DNA of 63,991 bases, filler included, from Circinaria calcarea (lineage: Eukaryota), in assembly GCA_051942165.1 (NCBI GenBank). It is 4 parts of 4 records of this genome, joined end to end, with 100 filler letters (N's around TTAATTAATTAA, not from the genome) between each part and the next. Parts side by side here need not be neighbours in the genome. Positions count along the whole stretch, not along the records: positions 1 to 16,392 come from JAVECS010000322.1; 3 more parts are not named here. One strand, given 5' to 3'. The translations under genes were made by a program, and so were the position numbers. This document shows, in pieces, positions 1 through 11,622 of the stretch (positions within the stretch are counted from its first letter, which is position 1; each line of letters begins with the position of its first letter). The notes under the pieces are model-generated. The model ran no database searches, was not told the origin of the DNA, and saw nothing but the letters and a program-made list of their open reading frames with translations.

Positions 1-1824
1 GTACGATGCCTTTAAACGCCGATAAGGACCGGACAGAAGTATCCCCTTCGATATCTTAACGCGAAGCCTATCAACAAGCGGTTCTGGAATGCGCGCCTGT
101 ATGTTATGGTCCTAGTTGCTCATCTGCTGCACTCATCTAAACCCTTTCAGCGCAGGTTACACGGTATTCGTAGCGCAGCAAAAGATTGCTCGGGTGCTGT
201 CAAAGGATGCAAGCAGTGGCGATGTTGGCGATGGGTGTTGTTCGAATTCGAAGGATCCTTTGCACGGCCAGCGGTTCGGAGACTGATTCTGTCTGTAGAA
301 TCTCGTTAGATGGTCGGAATGCAGTGCAAAAGCTGGGCTGTCTGATCGGGAGGTGCGAATGATAAGAATGAGTGATGACGGTAGGCAGCGGTCATGAAGT
401 GTCGATAAATGTCCTGATAACGCGCGTTGTAAACATTGGGCTCTTTGGGCAGGGGATTCGTGGCTTGGCGGCCCGCGGCCCGGTAGAGTCTCCGGTTCCA
501 GCTTCTCTCCAAAGTCTCGAGTTCAGGGTCCAGCCTTGGCGAAGCAGCCCCACCTTTCCACCTTTCTACCTTTCTGAGAAAGTCCTTTCTTTTGTTACTC
601 CCTGTATTGTATTGTAGTAGTTCTCGAGAGCGGAAAGTCGATCCGATGCTGTGATGGGAGCTGAAGCGGATTCTACACTTCACATGGCTTAGCGCATCGA
701 CGCCAGTCTGTTGCTTTACCCATCTGCTCGCGAGGCGTGGGGCTTCAAAACTACGACGGTACTTCCCCGCCAATAAATACCTTAGGCGCCCAAGGGATCC
801 TGATGCTACTACAGAGTACCTACGGTACACTTGTATTTGGAACCGAAGTACGACCACAGGCCGGTACTCGGTACAATCATCGACTGGTCGCACGAGCACC
901 ACTGTGCACAAGCAGAATCATATCCCGAGCCTCGTAAGTAAAGCCGTGCTCTCTGCCAGTTGGGGGCCACTTGGCGGCCTTGGTCTTGGAAAGCGATCGG
1001 AGTTGTTGAGCTCATGGGAGGAGAAACACGGAGTGGTGGACGGAGTGGTGTATGTCGTACCGTGATAGCAATTGAACGTCGAGTGCAAGGCCACGTTGTA
1101 TCGTATCCGAATGACCACGCAGTTATTTCTCCCCTCACAGATCGAATCAAGCGTCAGACTTCCCCTCTCCTCTCCGCCCGAAAGGAAAGGACGCACCTCC
1201 GGATTGATGCATCTGCGACCGAGTGTGGATGCAAGACCGACTCGGGCTGACATCACCCTACCGCGTCGGCAAAGCCACACAATCAATCGATCCTGCATAG
1301 ATATCTATTCTCCCGCGCTGTAGGATTTGGGGCCTGTAATCTGTGAGGGATTATCTATTTCGAATCAGACGGCGCATGCTGGAGAACAAAGAAACCAATC
1401 ACAGTATTTGATTTCTCACAATCACTGCCTGTGACCAATCATCCCTTTATTCGTGGAAACAAACTGAAATCGATTCTTATTGCATCGTAATTGCTGCCTA
1501 AGGATACGTGCTCGTTGTTGGTGCCAGGTGCTGGGTGCTAGGGGCTAGGGAAATCGGCGCCACAACAGTTCACCGTCCCCCGTGTACCTCCTCCGCATCA
1601 TACTCTGTGCCTGGATCTTCCAGGTGCGGCTTTGCTGACCTGACATTCACGTCATCTACCATTCGCATTTGCGTCCGTCTGCTGTCATCACCAAGCTACT
1701 CCGTACTACCGGCATCTCCCTCTCGCTACTCGGACTAGGTACAGTCAGTACGACAGCTGTCTGTAATGGGGGAGGCAGTTCCTTGCCCTCAATTCCCCCA
1801 ACTGTCGCGCCCTCTCCGCAAACC

Positions 1825-4803
1825 ATGTCTTCCGCTGTCAAGGCTGCCGACTACACAGCGAACGCTTCTACCTCGACTCAATCCCAGAGTCCCCAAGCCG
1901 CTACCAGCAATGATGCTATCCGTCTGTCAGACTCGTCGCCTTCTCCAGTTCAACCGTTGAAACGGGCATCGACCACTCCCCTCCCGTCTACCTCATCGTC
2001 AGCGCCAACGTCTCCGAAGCCCTCGCGTGATACCTCGCCAATTCGACCGCCGCTCAAGCCCGGTATCGTAGGCACTTCGAGGCCGTCGAGGTCGAGGAAG
2101 AACAGCCAGGAATTGAGCCCGCACCGTGCTCCAGGCACCGCAGCGGTCAACCTGCCTACAGTCCCCTCGGCTGCAGCTATACAGCGGGCGCTCTCTGCTA
2201 CGGGTACGCCTCAATTGCAGTCACCTGCGACCCCTGATTTCTCCATCGAACCGCCAAAGATCCAAAGATCCAGCAAGCCATCAAACATCGGTGCCACTCG
2301 GCTGGGACCGACACCGCCTCGACTGAAGTCGCCCCCACCTTCCACCTCGTCTATTCGGCCTCTTGTACACTCACCTCGGAAGATCGAGTCGTTGCCGCCG
2401 CCAACGCCTAGCATCGTTGTGGAACGTGCTACCCCCAGCTCCATCTCAAGCCGTGAGGCCGAGCTAGAAGATGACGAAAGCCTGATGGTTTCCGGACTGC
2501 GAAGCCCTGGACGGGGAACAAGTGGCAATGGCATTTTGGAGACTGTACAGGAGAGCGGTGTTCCCACGACATCTGCAATCAACCCAGGGGTTACTCAGCT
2601 TAACGTGAAGCCCGGAGATTCAAGTCGGCGGTCAACACTCGAGGAAACGCCGGCCGAAGGGGGGATACTGAATAAGACGATCGTCGAAAGCGGCAGTGAG
2701 AGTGGAGGAACAAAGAGTGGTGGGAACAAAATGGCAAATGGAAGTGGACAGAAGTCAGTGGGCACCAACAGCGTAGCGAAAACGCCACACCTGGCCCCGA
2801 GGAAGTCTTATTCGCAGCTCAACCCGGCAAAGATCAAAGTAGGCGAAGGGTTTGTGAAGAACATGACCGTCGAGACGGAGACGGTCAGCTCTGTACCTCA
2901 GGTCGCTGTTGGGGGCGGAGCAGGCGAACGAGGTCTCCCCGGAAGGACAGAGAACGGGGGTAGTCTTCGTCTCAAGCCAAGTAGCGAGACTATACGGCCC
3001 CGGAAAGACAAGAAAAAGACGATGCGAAAAGCACCGTCTATAAACTCAGGCGCTGGTGGGTTATCGTTTAGACGTTTTCATCACCATCACATCTATTCAC
3101 GAGCTCCTTCTCCTGAAATTACTCCTTCTCATTTTGCTACCTCTCCCGAGTTCTCGCTTGGCTACATGCCAGATCATTTTCATTCTACATCTGCCTTCAA
3201 ACCCAATGTTAGTGGCGAGCATCGACCACAACGAACAAGTGGCGGCTTTACTCCATTGCAGGTCGATTCTAAGTTTATTCCTTCAAGTACAGGGCTAACA
3301 AGCTTACGCGCGCGAACAGCATCTTCCAAAGCAGATATATTCGAAGCGAAAGTGGCAAGCGCGGTCGATGAGGCCAACTCATCAGATTCAGCAGAAACAT
3401 TCGTATATGAATCGAATCCTTTTGAACCTCTATCTGCCCGACCCACTCGTTATCACTCAAGGACGCCAAGTGCTACTTCCATGGCAAGTCAAGTCGATCA
3501 TTATGGAGGCAGGCATAGACAAGATGGCCATCACAGTATCGCAGGAAAGAGGAGTATGAAGTTCGCCAATAATTCCCATCTAGTCAACAGCCATGGCGAT
3601 AGCGGAGAGAAGGCGATTGGTACGGCAGCTGGCAACAGCGGACGCTTGACTAGTGGTAACTCATCCCATCACCACCATGTCGGGCGCCATAATCGGGGTG
3701 CTGCGGGACATACTTCACTGTTCGATAATGAGTCTCCGTTCCCTAATGCTGCAAAACCACTTCGAGCGTCGGTAAGCGGTGCTGCACGTATGTCGCCGCG
3801 TGTTGCAAGTCCGCGCAGTCCGCATTTTTTCCGTGTCTCTGGAACCGCTATGAAGTCCAACACCGCCCTGATCTATGACCTTGAAGGTGAAGGAACAGAC
3901 GATGAACGGACACCGTTAGTTAATTCTGTTCGATCTGGACAGACTCGTGTAAGTCGCCGGCCGAGATATCGCCATACCGGGTATGACGGGGAAACTGCTG
4001 GTGGCTATTGCCGGCGCGTCACGAGTTGCATCCTGTTTGGAGGCTTGGTTGGTCTATTAATTGCTGCTGTTGTCGTGGCACTTATAATGTGTTCCAAACC
4101 GCTCATCGACGTTTACATTAAAGACATTCAGAACGTCCTGGCATCGGAACAGGAGATCATGCTTGACTTGCACGTGCATGCCATCAATCCCAATCTGGTG
4201 GCTATTCAGGTCAGTGACTTGGACGTTAATATATTTGCGAAAAGCAAGCACATTGGTACCAACGCATCATGGAGAAACCATTTACTTCCTAGTACTGAAG
4301 AACACAAGGATCACCGGATGTCCACTGCTAATTCTTCTACGAGTACGAAGTTCAACCATTCCACCATCGAACTCAAAAGCCTCCACACCGGCAACGGAGT
4401 AGATGAAGGTAACGATCCGATTGAAGATCCCGAGGGTGACTCCCAGACCATGTTACTAGGACAGATATTCGACTTCGACTCTCCCCTTATTTTCGACCCA
4501 TCCCCGGTCAGACACCAGTCTTTGTCTTCAGTGGGCGAGGTTCGCTTGGCTAGACCTGGGAATATGACCGAGGAGGGGGGCTCTGATCGATGGGAGAAGG
4601 TGCTTCAGCATCCGTTTGAGCTGATCGTGAGAGGCGTGCTCCGTTACTCGCTGCCAATAAGCTCCCGAAGCCGGTCTGCGTCCATCGGTGGAAGCGTCAC
4701 TGTGCATCCTGAAGCCGGTGTGAACCACATCCTCTTCACAACGCGGAGTCGTTCCCCCGCGGCCGGGGCCAGTCAGTCAAGATCAATCAAATTTTCCGCA
4801 TAA
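1825..4803 (+). CDS. VAC7: Vacuolar segregation protein Vac7 (Fab1/PI(3,5)P2 regulator)
   Basis: First ATG of the 1044-aa ORF is at 1825 in good context (AACCATG). Family motifs MTVETETVSSVPQVA, LRLKPSSETIRPRK, SSKADIFEAKVASAVDEANSSDS.ETFVYESNP, one TM helix (CILFGGLVGLLIAAVVVALI) and a lumenal domain (IQNVLASEQEIMLDL...FELIVRGVLRY). Probable in-frame intron 3056-3319. Confidence 0.9.
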   Translation: MSSAVKAADYTANASTSTQSQSPQAATSNDAIRLSDSSPSPVQPLKRASTTPLPSTSSSAPTSPKPSRDTSPIRPPLKPGIVGTSRPSRSRKNSQELSPHRAPGTAAVNLPTVPSAAAIQRALSATGTPQLQSPATPDFSIEPPKIQRSSKPSNIGATRLGPTPPRLKSPPPSTSSIRPLVHSPRKIESLPPPTPSIVVERATPSSISSREAELEDDESLMVSGLRSPGRGTSGNGILETVQESGVPTTSAINPGVTQLNVKPGDSSRRSTLEETPAEGGILNKTIVESGSESGGTKSGGNKMANGSGQKSVGTNSVAKTPHLAPRKSYSQLNPAKIKVGEGFVKNMTVETETVSSVPQVAVGGGAGERGLPGRTENGGSLRLKPSSETIRPRKDKKKTMRKAPSINSGAGGLSFRRFHHHHIYSRAPSPEITPSHFATSPEFSLGYMPDHFHSTSAFKPNVSGEHRPQRTSGGFTPLQVDSKFIPSSTGLTSLRARTASSKADIFEAKVASAVDEANSSDSAETFVYESNPFEPLSARPTRYHSRTPSATSMASQVDHYGGRHRQDGHHSIAGKRSMKFANNSHLVNSHGDSGEKAIGTAAGNSGRLTSGNSSHHHHVGRHNRGAAGHTSLFDNESPFPNAAKPLRASVSGAARMSPRVASPRSPHFFRVSGTAMKSNTALIYDLEGEGTDDERTPLVNSVRSGQTRVSRRPRYRHTGYDGETAGGYCRRVTSCILFGGLVGLLIAAVVVALIMCSKPLIDVYIKDIQNVLASEQEIMLDLHVHAINPNLVAIQVSDLDVNIFAKSKHIGTNASWRNHLLPSTEEHKDHRMSTANSSTSTKFNHSTIELKSLHTGNGVDEGNDPIEDPEGDSQTMLLGQIFDFDSPLIFDPSPVRHQSLSSVGEVRLARPGNMTEEGGSDRWEKVLQHPFELIVRGVLRYSLPISSRSRSASIGGSVTVHPEAGVNHILFTTRSRSPAAGASQSRSIKFSA

Positions 4804-5968
4804 GGTTTGCATAATGAGTAATGAATCCGCACTACCGTCGGCGGCACGAGTTCCTTTTCACATTAGCGGGGCGGTAGACTCCATTGTGTTTTGGGATACC
4901 TACAGAGCGAGCGAAAGTGCATTGGGAGACGGGTGTACAAGTAGGTATTATCATGATAGCTGGCTGTATTCATAGAGGTCGTCGTCCGGCGTAGGGTCGG
5001 CGAGCAGACCGGGAATAGTTACAAGGTACCGGTTCGCACCGCTGCGACCTTATTTGCGACATGCAATCAATCTCACCAATCTACGCACACTGAACTCGCC
5101 AATGAAGTCGAGGGCTAATATGGGTGTAACCTACGGGGTAAGGCAGTGATGGGTAGGAAATAGGAAGCCTCAGCTGATGCGTTCGGCTCTGACAGGTCGC
5201 ATGACCTATTGTTCGACGCGGGCATGGGGTCGAGGACGGGGCGTGAAGAGTATGTGCTGTTAAGATGCTGCGGGTCGAGAAATGGTTGGAGTGTCCTGAT
5301 CAAACACGCGTTGCTGTTTCGACTCCGACCACTTCCTACAGTTTCCTCGTAGTCCGCCTGGCCTGGGCCTGCATGCTCTGACACCGAACAAGGTGTCGAA
5401 TGTTGAAACGCGCTGGCCGGATGATATCTATGCGATGTCTGTGGTGACGGTAACAACGTTCGTAACACCCACCCGAATACCAACCAGGCGAGAGAACTCA
5501 TATCGAGAGCCTCGCTGACTGCCGTTACTGTTGGCGTTGGGCCTTGTTTTCCTTTGCCGGGGCTATGATTCGTTGCGTAATCCCTCTCCTGAGCCAACCC
5601 GCAGCTTTCACAGGCTCCAGGCTGCAGACTGACAGCCCAAACCAACTCTACCCTCCCCCATATCTACCCACCTTGCCACGCATCCGCTCTCGATTCTTCC
5701 AGAAAGCAGAATAGACTCACGACGTGAAGCCAGTGTCCTGTGGAGCTGGAGTTGATCAAAGGTACTGATGTGCACCCGTGTCTCTCGCCATCCCACTCTC
5801 TTATTAATCGCCTGACGGGCTTTAGCCTTACCCAGCCACTAGCGACAAGGCCTGCGTGTCCTCAGCCTCACTTTACTGCCCTGCCGAGTTGATCTCAGCA
5901 GCGACATCATCTACATCCGCTTCTTTTCTCCCTCCGCCATCTCTAACCACCTCTCACTACGTCCGAGC

Positions 5969-8900
5969 ATGTCTAGCAGAGGCGGCTGGGATGACCGATC
6001 CGCCTACCGTGGGTCACCTCCAAAGTACACGACAGTCAAGCGATATACGATACCACGGAGCACCGAAGATGACCGAATCAGCATTTATGAACGTGATCGC
6101 TATCCAGACCGAGCTTTCGAAGAGACCCGTATTATCCGAAGAGAACGAGAGCCAACCCCCCCGCGCGTGGAGAAGGAGATCCGGATCGAACGCTACGAGC
6201 GCGAGCCAGAGCCCCGTCGTTTTGAACGAGAATACAGATATGAACGAGATGTAGAGCGGGAGCCGCCACGACGGGAACCCTATGAGCTCGAACGATACAC
6301 GCGGTCAACGGAATATTTCCCGCCAGCTCCGCGGGCGCCAGTAGTCGTCCCGCAACCAAGAGAAGAGGAGGACTTTCAGTTGATCCGTCGCTCGGAGGTC
6401 GTTGAAGATCGTCAAGTTACCCGCCGTGAACAGCCATCGCCACCACGAGAGGAGGATTACTACTACGAAAGGCGAATGCGCAGAGTGGAAGATGATGGGA
6501 GCGATGACGATTACCGCGGAGCGCGCGTCCGGCGAGGTAGGACAGTTAGTCCCAATGACTCAGTCTCTCAGCACGGTCGTCATCGCGATTATAGTAGCGA
6601 TGACAGCATGGTGTATGTAAAAAGGGAGATCCGGGAAGAACGTGGTAGCAGTCCAAGCACTCGGCGACATCTCGCAGAAGGTGCCATTGCTGGAATCGGT
6701 GCTGCAGAGTTAATTCGTCATCATCGTAAAAAAACAGATGGGGAAGAAGATAGTCGTGGCGCTCGAATTGGGAAAGATCTGGGAGCAGCTGCCTTAGGGG
6801 CTGTCAGTGCCCAAGTCATCTCGCGAGCCAGAAGTCGACGTCGGAGCAAGTCCCGTCATGCATCACTCGAACGAGACGGTCGGCGCAGACATCGTCATGG
6901 CCACCGTAGCAGATCCACGTCTAGGGTTAAACAGCTGGCAGGCTTGGGTTTAGGTGCAGCGGCTATCGCAGCAGCTGTGGGATATGCCAGGCATAAGAAC
7001 AACCAGAAAAACGAACAGGATCCTGATAGGCGGAGTCGGTCCAGAACGCGGCGTAATTCTACTTCCGCTATACCTGACGATGATCCTCGGAACCCCAACC
7101 ATCGAAACACGCGAATGGCACAAGCTGGCCTGGCTGGGGCTGCTATTGCGGGCCTGGTGGAACGAGCAAGGAGCAAGTCTCGTACCCGCGAGGGAAGATC
7201 TCAAAGCAGGATCCGTACAGGATTACCAATCGCAGCAGCTGGTATAGGTAGTGCTGCAATTGCTGGACTCTACGAGAAAAATCAAGCAAGCCGGAAACAG
7301 GAAGAGAGCCGTCGAGTAGAAAAAGAGGAGAGGAAAAGATCAAGGTCGAGGTCCAGGTCTATGCCATATGAAGGGCCACGTGCAGCTTCAGCAAGTGACC
7401 CAGGTCTTATCGAGTATGGCGAAGCACCCGTTTACAGCAACGGGGGTATCCCGGACTATTACAACCGACCAGCAAGCCAGGCAGGATACTACAATCCTCC
7501 TCCTGAAACCATCATGGCACCTGCCGCTGCAGCCGCTGCCGGAGCTTATGGGGCTACCAGAGTGACTGAAACTCGAGAACGGGTAATTGGGGGTAGAAGT
7601 AGAAGTAGGGAGAAGGAACGAGAAATGGAAATGGACAGAGACAGGGACAGGGACAGGGACAGGGAACGGAGGAGAGGGAATAGTTCGGACAGTTCTGATG
7701 GTGAGCGTGAGCGAAGGAGGAGACATAGGCGGAAGAAGAGTGGGGAAGGTGGCCGTCGAGATGACGAGCGACAAAGAAGCCGAAGTCAGAGCCGCACCCG
7801 AGAATTCGCTACTGCTGCGGCGGCTGCAGGAGCTGCAGGAATTGCGGCCAACGAATACGCGAAGAGAAAGCAGCGTAGGAAAGAAGAGAAGGAAAGACAA
7901 CGTATGTGCCCTACTTGCCAACTGCCCGTTATAAAAGGCTAATGTGACTCCAGGATACGAAGCAGAGAACGTTGGTTACCAGGAGCCTTATCCGGAGGGG
8001 CAGTACTCCCCATTGTCTCCAGCTCCAGCGAACGTTACAGCACCCGGCTACCCAGCCGAGAACTATTATCCCTCTACCAACCAGTTCCCTCCACCTCCGA
8101 ATGCAGGTTATGTGGCTAATCAAAATTATAACCCCGCCGACTACGCGCCGCCACCAGGAACGCAAATCCATCCCGATTATGGGTATCCGACCCAGCCAGG
8201 TTATACTCCACCACAAGGAGTATACTCACCGCTGCCGCCAGATCAATTTTCGGGAGGGCCAGGTAGGGGCAGGAGAGGCGACGAGAATGTGAGTGCTGAG
8301 CCATACCTCAACACCACCTATGCTCGTCCTTCTCCAGATCATTACGATGTCGAGGAGGGTGGGTGAACTTCACTCGCTCCTATTGGGAACCAAAGATCTG
8401 GTTTGCTAACGACACATGCTTTAGGTCTGAGGACCCCTCGTAGCTCGCCGCCGAGGACTCATGCCCGTGCAAGCTCTCAACCGGCGCCAAGTAGCAAATC
8501 CGTCCAGTTTGATCCTTCTGTCCCAGACACTCCTCAGCAAATCCGCAATCGCCGACGACGTGGCGCTAAGAATGAAACGCAGGACGCTTACGACAGCGAA
8601 AGTTCGGTGGAGGATCGCCGGCATCGTCGCAGCCGAGGTTCTCATGACCGTCATGAAGAGCCTCGTTCCCTTTCTCCGGCCCACTCGGACGAAACGATTG
8701 ATCTGCCCGAGCGCTTTGATGAAAATGGACGCAAGAAGCCGGAAAGGGGCGAGGATCCCATTTCCGACAAGATCGAGGAATTTCTCAGCGGGAAGGGTTC
8801 GGCGGGGAAGCTGTTCAGAAACTTGACGGACGGGCTGCTGGGCGGGGGGAATGCCGACGCGGACAAGGGTTCTCGGAGGCGGCGGAGACGATACTCTTGA
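5969..8900 (+). CDS. Arg/Ser-rich intrinsically disordered protein, DUF3824-like
   Basis: Exons 5969-7901, 7954-8358, 8425-8900. Introns GTATGT..GCTAAT..CAG (7902-7953) and GTGGGT..GCTAAC..TAG (8359-8424) join the three ORFs in compatible phases. Repeated 'AGxGAA' hydrophobic helices alternate with RS-rich tracts, followed by a Pro/Tyr-rich segment and a C-terminal GEDPISDKIEEFL motif. Confidence 0.75.
7634..7665 (+). repeat. Coding hexamer microsatellite (GACAGG)n encoding an Arg-Asp repeat
   Basis: gacagagacagggacagggacagggacaggga translates to DRDRDRDRDR. Confidence 0.85.
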
Positions 8901-9621
8901 TGACCTTTTTACGAATGATTCCTGTTCTACGGCCGATTCTTGTCTACTTTTTGCTGGTTTCATGAATGATGACGAGCGACACTGATGAAGGGGTAGATCT
9001 AGTCGGATACATCCAGGTAGCACATTTTCTTTTATTTCGACAACGAATTCCATGCACCACCACACTGAACATCCAGTAATGTCTTGGGTGCCAGATCCCC
9101 AGGTGACCCCATATTAACCCGAGCTTGATGTTTGAGCTCTGAATTGTATAGCACTTTTATACAATGGACCCTGTAGTCACGTGGCGGTGGTAGGGATTTG
9201 ATCCGCCCAGTCGGATCCCATGCGCAAAACCGATTTACCCCTCGATAACCTCGCCCATGTCAATAGATCTTTGCTCTGATTGACCCCGAACCAATCGAGA
9301 GCCAGTCCGTTGTTATCATATATACACACATTCCACCGTTCTGATCTGATCCGGTCCTGCAACTGGACTGCCTTTCCGGGTGATCGTCGGCAGATGACGT
9401 ATGGGATTTGGATTGTCAGGCAGCCAATCCTAATTCAACATGCATCTCCGCGTTTGTGAGGTACGAAATGCATGCACGGTGGTGGCCAAAGGGCGGGGAA
9501 GTAGGAGAGGTTCTTGATGATTTTCACCTCTCTTCCGTGAAGAGTTCTCTACCCAGACTCTTTGCTGTCCGCCATCAGGCTATCAGTCTCCATTAGCGCA
9601 TATACAATCGATTTTGTGAAG

Positions 9622-10200
9622 ATGAAGTTCACTACTGCGTTAGTGTTTAGCTTCCTAGCTACCTTTGCGCTATGTGCATCGACAAAGGCCCAGGTAGGTT
9701 CTCTCGGTCGAGCCATATCGTCAAGGGACAGACGTACAATTGTCCCTCACTCTCGACAATTTGCTTACCCCATCCTACTCGATCAGTTTAGGCGCCGCGC
9801 AGACTCGGCCGTCGGAACAGTTGAGTCTTCCATCTTCAGCAGTGTCACTGCCGCCGCCGCCTCTTCCACGACCTCCATGTCATCCGCCCCATCAACAACA
9901 TCCGGCACCTCAAGCGCTCAACCCACGGCCCTGGGGACGGATACTTCTTCCGCTCAGCCCGCCACACGCGCGTCCAATTCCGTCTCCGTGCAAACGGCAG
10001 GTTCCTCGTCGGCTTCAACGTCTCCGCAACCCAACGTCGGGGGACAGGCCGGGGGGCTTGGGAGCGCTGCAGGCGGAGAAGCTACAGGTAACGACATACC
10101 TTTCTCGACAACGAGTGCAGCGGGTGCGCGGAAGGCTGTGCAGACAGCTGGAGCAGGGTTGCTGGGCTTAGCCGTTGGGGCTGTAGGAATCGTCTTGTGA
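9622..10200 (+). CDS. Secreted Ser/Thr/Ala-rich, probably GPI-anchored cell-surface protein
   Basis: Signal peptide MKFTTALVFSFLATFALCA. Probable 93-bp intron 9694-9786 (GTAGGT..CAG). Low-complexity S/T/A body and a C-terminal omega-site plus hydrophobic tail (SAAGARK...GLLGLAVGAVGIVL). Confidence 0.75.
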   Translation: MKFTTALVFSFLATFALCASTKAQVGSLGRAISSRDRRTIVPHSRQFAYPILLDQFRRRADSAVGTVESSIFSSVTAAAASSTTSMSSAPSTTSGTSSAQPTALGTDTSSAQPATRASNSVSVQTAGSSSASTSPQPNVGGQAGGLGSAAGGEATGNDIPFSTTSAAGARKAVQTAGAGLLGLAVGAVGIVL

Positions 10201-11155
10201 AGGACTTGACGAGGGGGTTATGACATTGGGAGGACGCTGGCCCCATTACAATGTATACCCAACTTTCAGGTTGAAACTGATGTGATGGGACCAAGACCAG
10301 TCTTCAAAGACCCAGGACCTTTTGGGGTTTTCATACTGGAAACATGACTGAGCACATGAATGACATTTGCCCATCATATGACGTTGTCGGTACTCATATT
10401 CTCTCCCATCCCATCTACGGTCGACCCTCATGTGGCGGAGTTGTGCTTTGTACTTTTCCGGCACGTTACCACCGAGCAGCATCCCAAGCCTCGGAGGGCA
10501 CATGACCATCAGCAGGAAAAGGCCATGTTCGGGGAGACTCGGAAGTGGAAGGCGCTAACTGTGCGGAATTTGGAAAGGGAAAGATGGCGCGTGACAGTCG
10601 ATAAAGGCATCCTCGACCAAAGTGCACTCCTGAGCGCTGCCGGACACGTTTCTAATAGTCAGTTCCTCTGATGAGGACGTCGGCTTCCCGATGAACCCAA
10701 TAATCATAGCACTTAGTAAGGACAACAGGCACGGGAGGGACCAATCTTAAAACTTGATGCAGGACTCATGAAGAGCATAGCCGCCACCAATTCGTAGAGC
10801 ACCTCTGAATTAGGCATGGTCCTATCTCTCGGGGCGAGGCCAATCGGCATGACACAGCGAAAGTGAGTGCACCCGTCTTTGACATACTGCATGCATATGC
10901 ACGAGTGGCAGGGCCCCGTAGGGAAATCAATCCTTGCCGTCCACGCCCGAGGTTACGACTTTAATGGTGGACTTGCCGCAGCTTGGCGACTCCGATGGTG
11001 GACGCGACCTCGATGATGGAGACTTCGGTGATGGGGTTGAACTATTACCAATATTTCTATCAGCGCTCAATACAAATTTGTACTGTAATGCGATAAGCGA
11101 AAAAATAAACTCTTTCCCTTCTCCAATCCTGTGTCTTCTGCACCATCTACACACT

Positions 11156-11549
11156 ATGTCTTTACCTGAATGAATTGAACGATACCTTTCCTTCGCTCAG
11201 AGCTTTTAAGGCTACTGTAACTACACATGCTATTCAGGAGCATTTTGTTCTAAACGTTATACAGTCAAATAATTTAATCGTACGGCTTCGCTGTGGCAAT
11301 AATTCTAAATACCCATTCCGAATATTAATAAGGCCATGCAACATCGATGATCTCCTAGAATCGACCACTGTAAAGCCGCCGGTGTATAGAAATAAGCCCG
11401 GTAAGCAGGCAAAGAAGCGGAAAGAGGCAGGAGATAGATGGAATCTATTGGGCCTTATGATACGGCAGAAATGTAGTATATATCATCAAATTGAGCATAA
11501 TGCGACGACCTGTCCTAACAGAAATCGCGATATATTTACTATAGATTAG
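11156..11549 (+). pseudogene. Deleted and degenerate MULE (MuDR-like) transposase
   Basis: An N-terminal MuDR-type segment (FPSLRAFKATVTTHAIQEHF..VIQS..RLRC...YPFRI) is fused directly to the C-terminal PP..R.KPGK..KKRK motif and a decayed CCHC knuckle (KCSIYHQIEHNATTC; consensus CxxCxxxGHNxxTC). The DDE core is missing and the start is disrupted. Confidence 0.8.
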
Positions 11550-11562
11550 ATTAGAATGCAAT

Positions 11563-11622
11563 ACAATGCGACGATTCACAATACGATGATTCACAATGCG
11601 ATGATTCACAATGCGACGATTC
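11563..11622 (+). repeat. Subterminal 15-bp tandem repeat (ACAATGCGACGATTC) x4 inside the MULE
   Basis: acaatgcgacgattc acaatacgatgattc acaatgcgatgattc acaatgcgacgattc; copies differ only by C>T or G>A changes. Confidence 0.9.

Noticed and set aside
306..1323. 201-aa and other overlapping ORFs at the window start
   Set aside because: No recognisable motifs, mostly non-ATG starts and no coherent splice structure. Probably intergenic or UTR sequence.
11563..11622. 15-bp tandem repeats as a CRISPR-like array
   Set aside because: No spacers, eukaryotic context, and located subterminally within the MULE.
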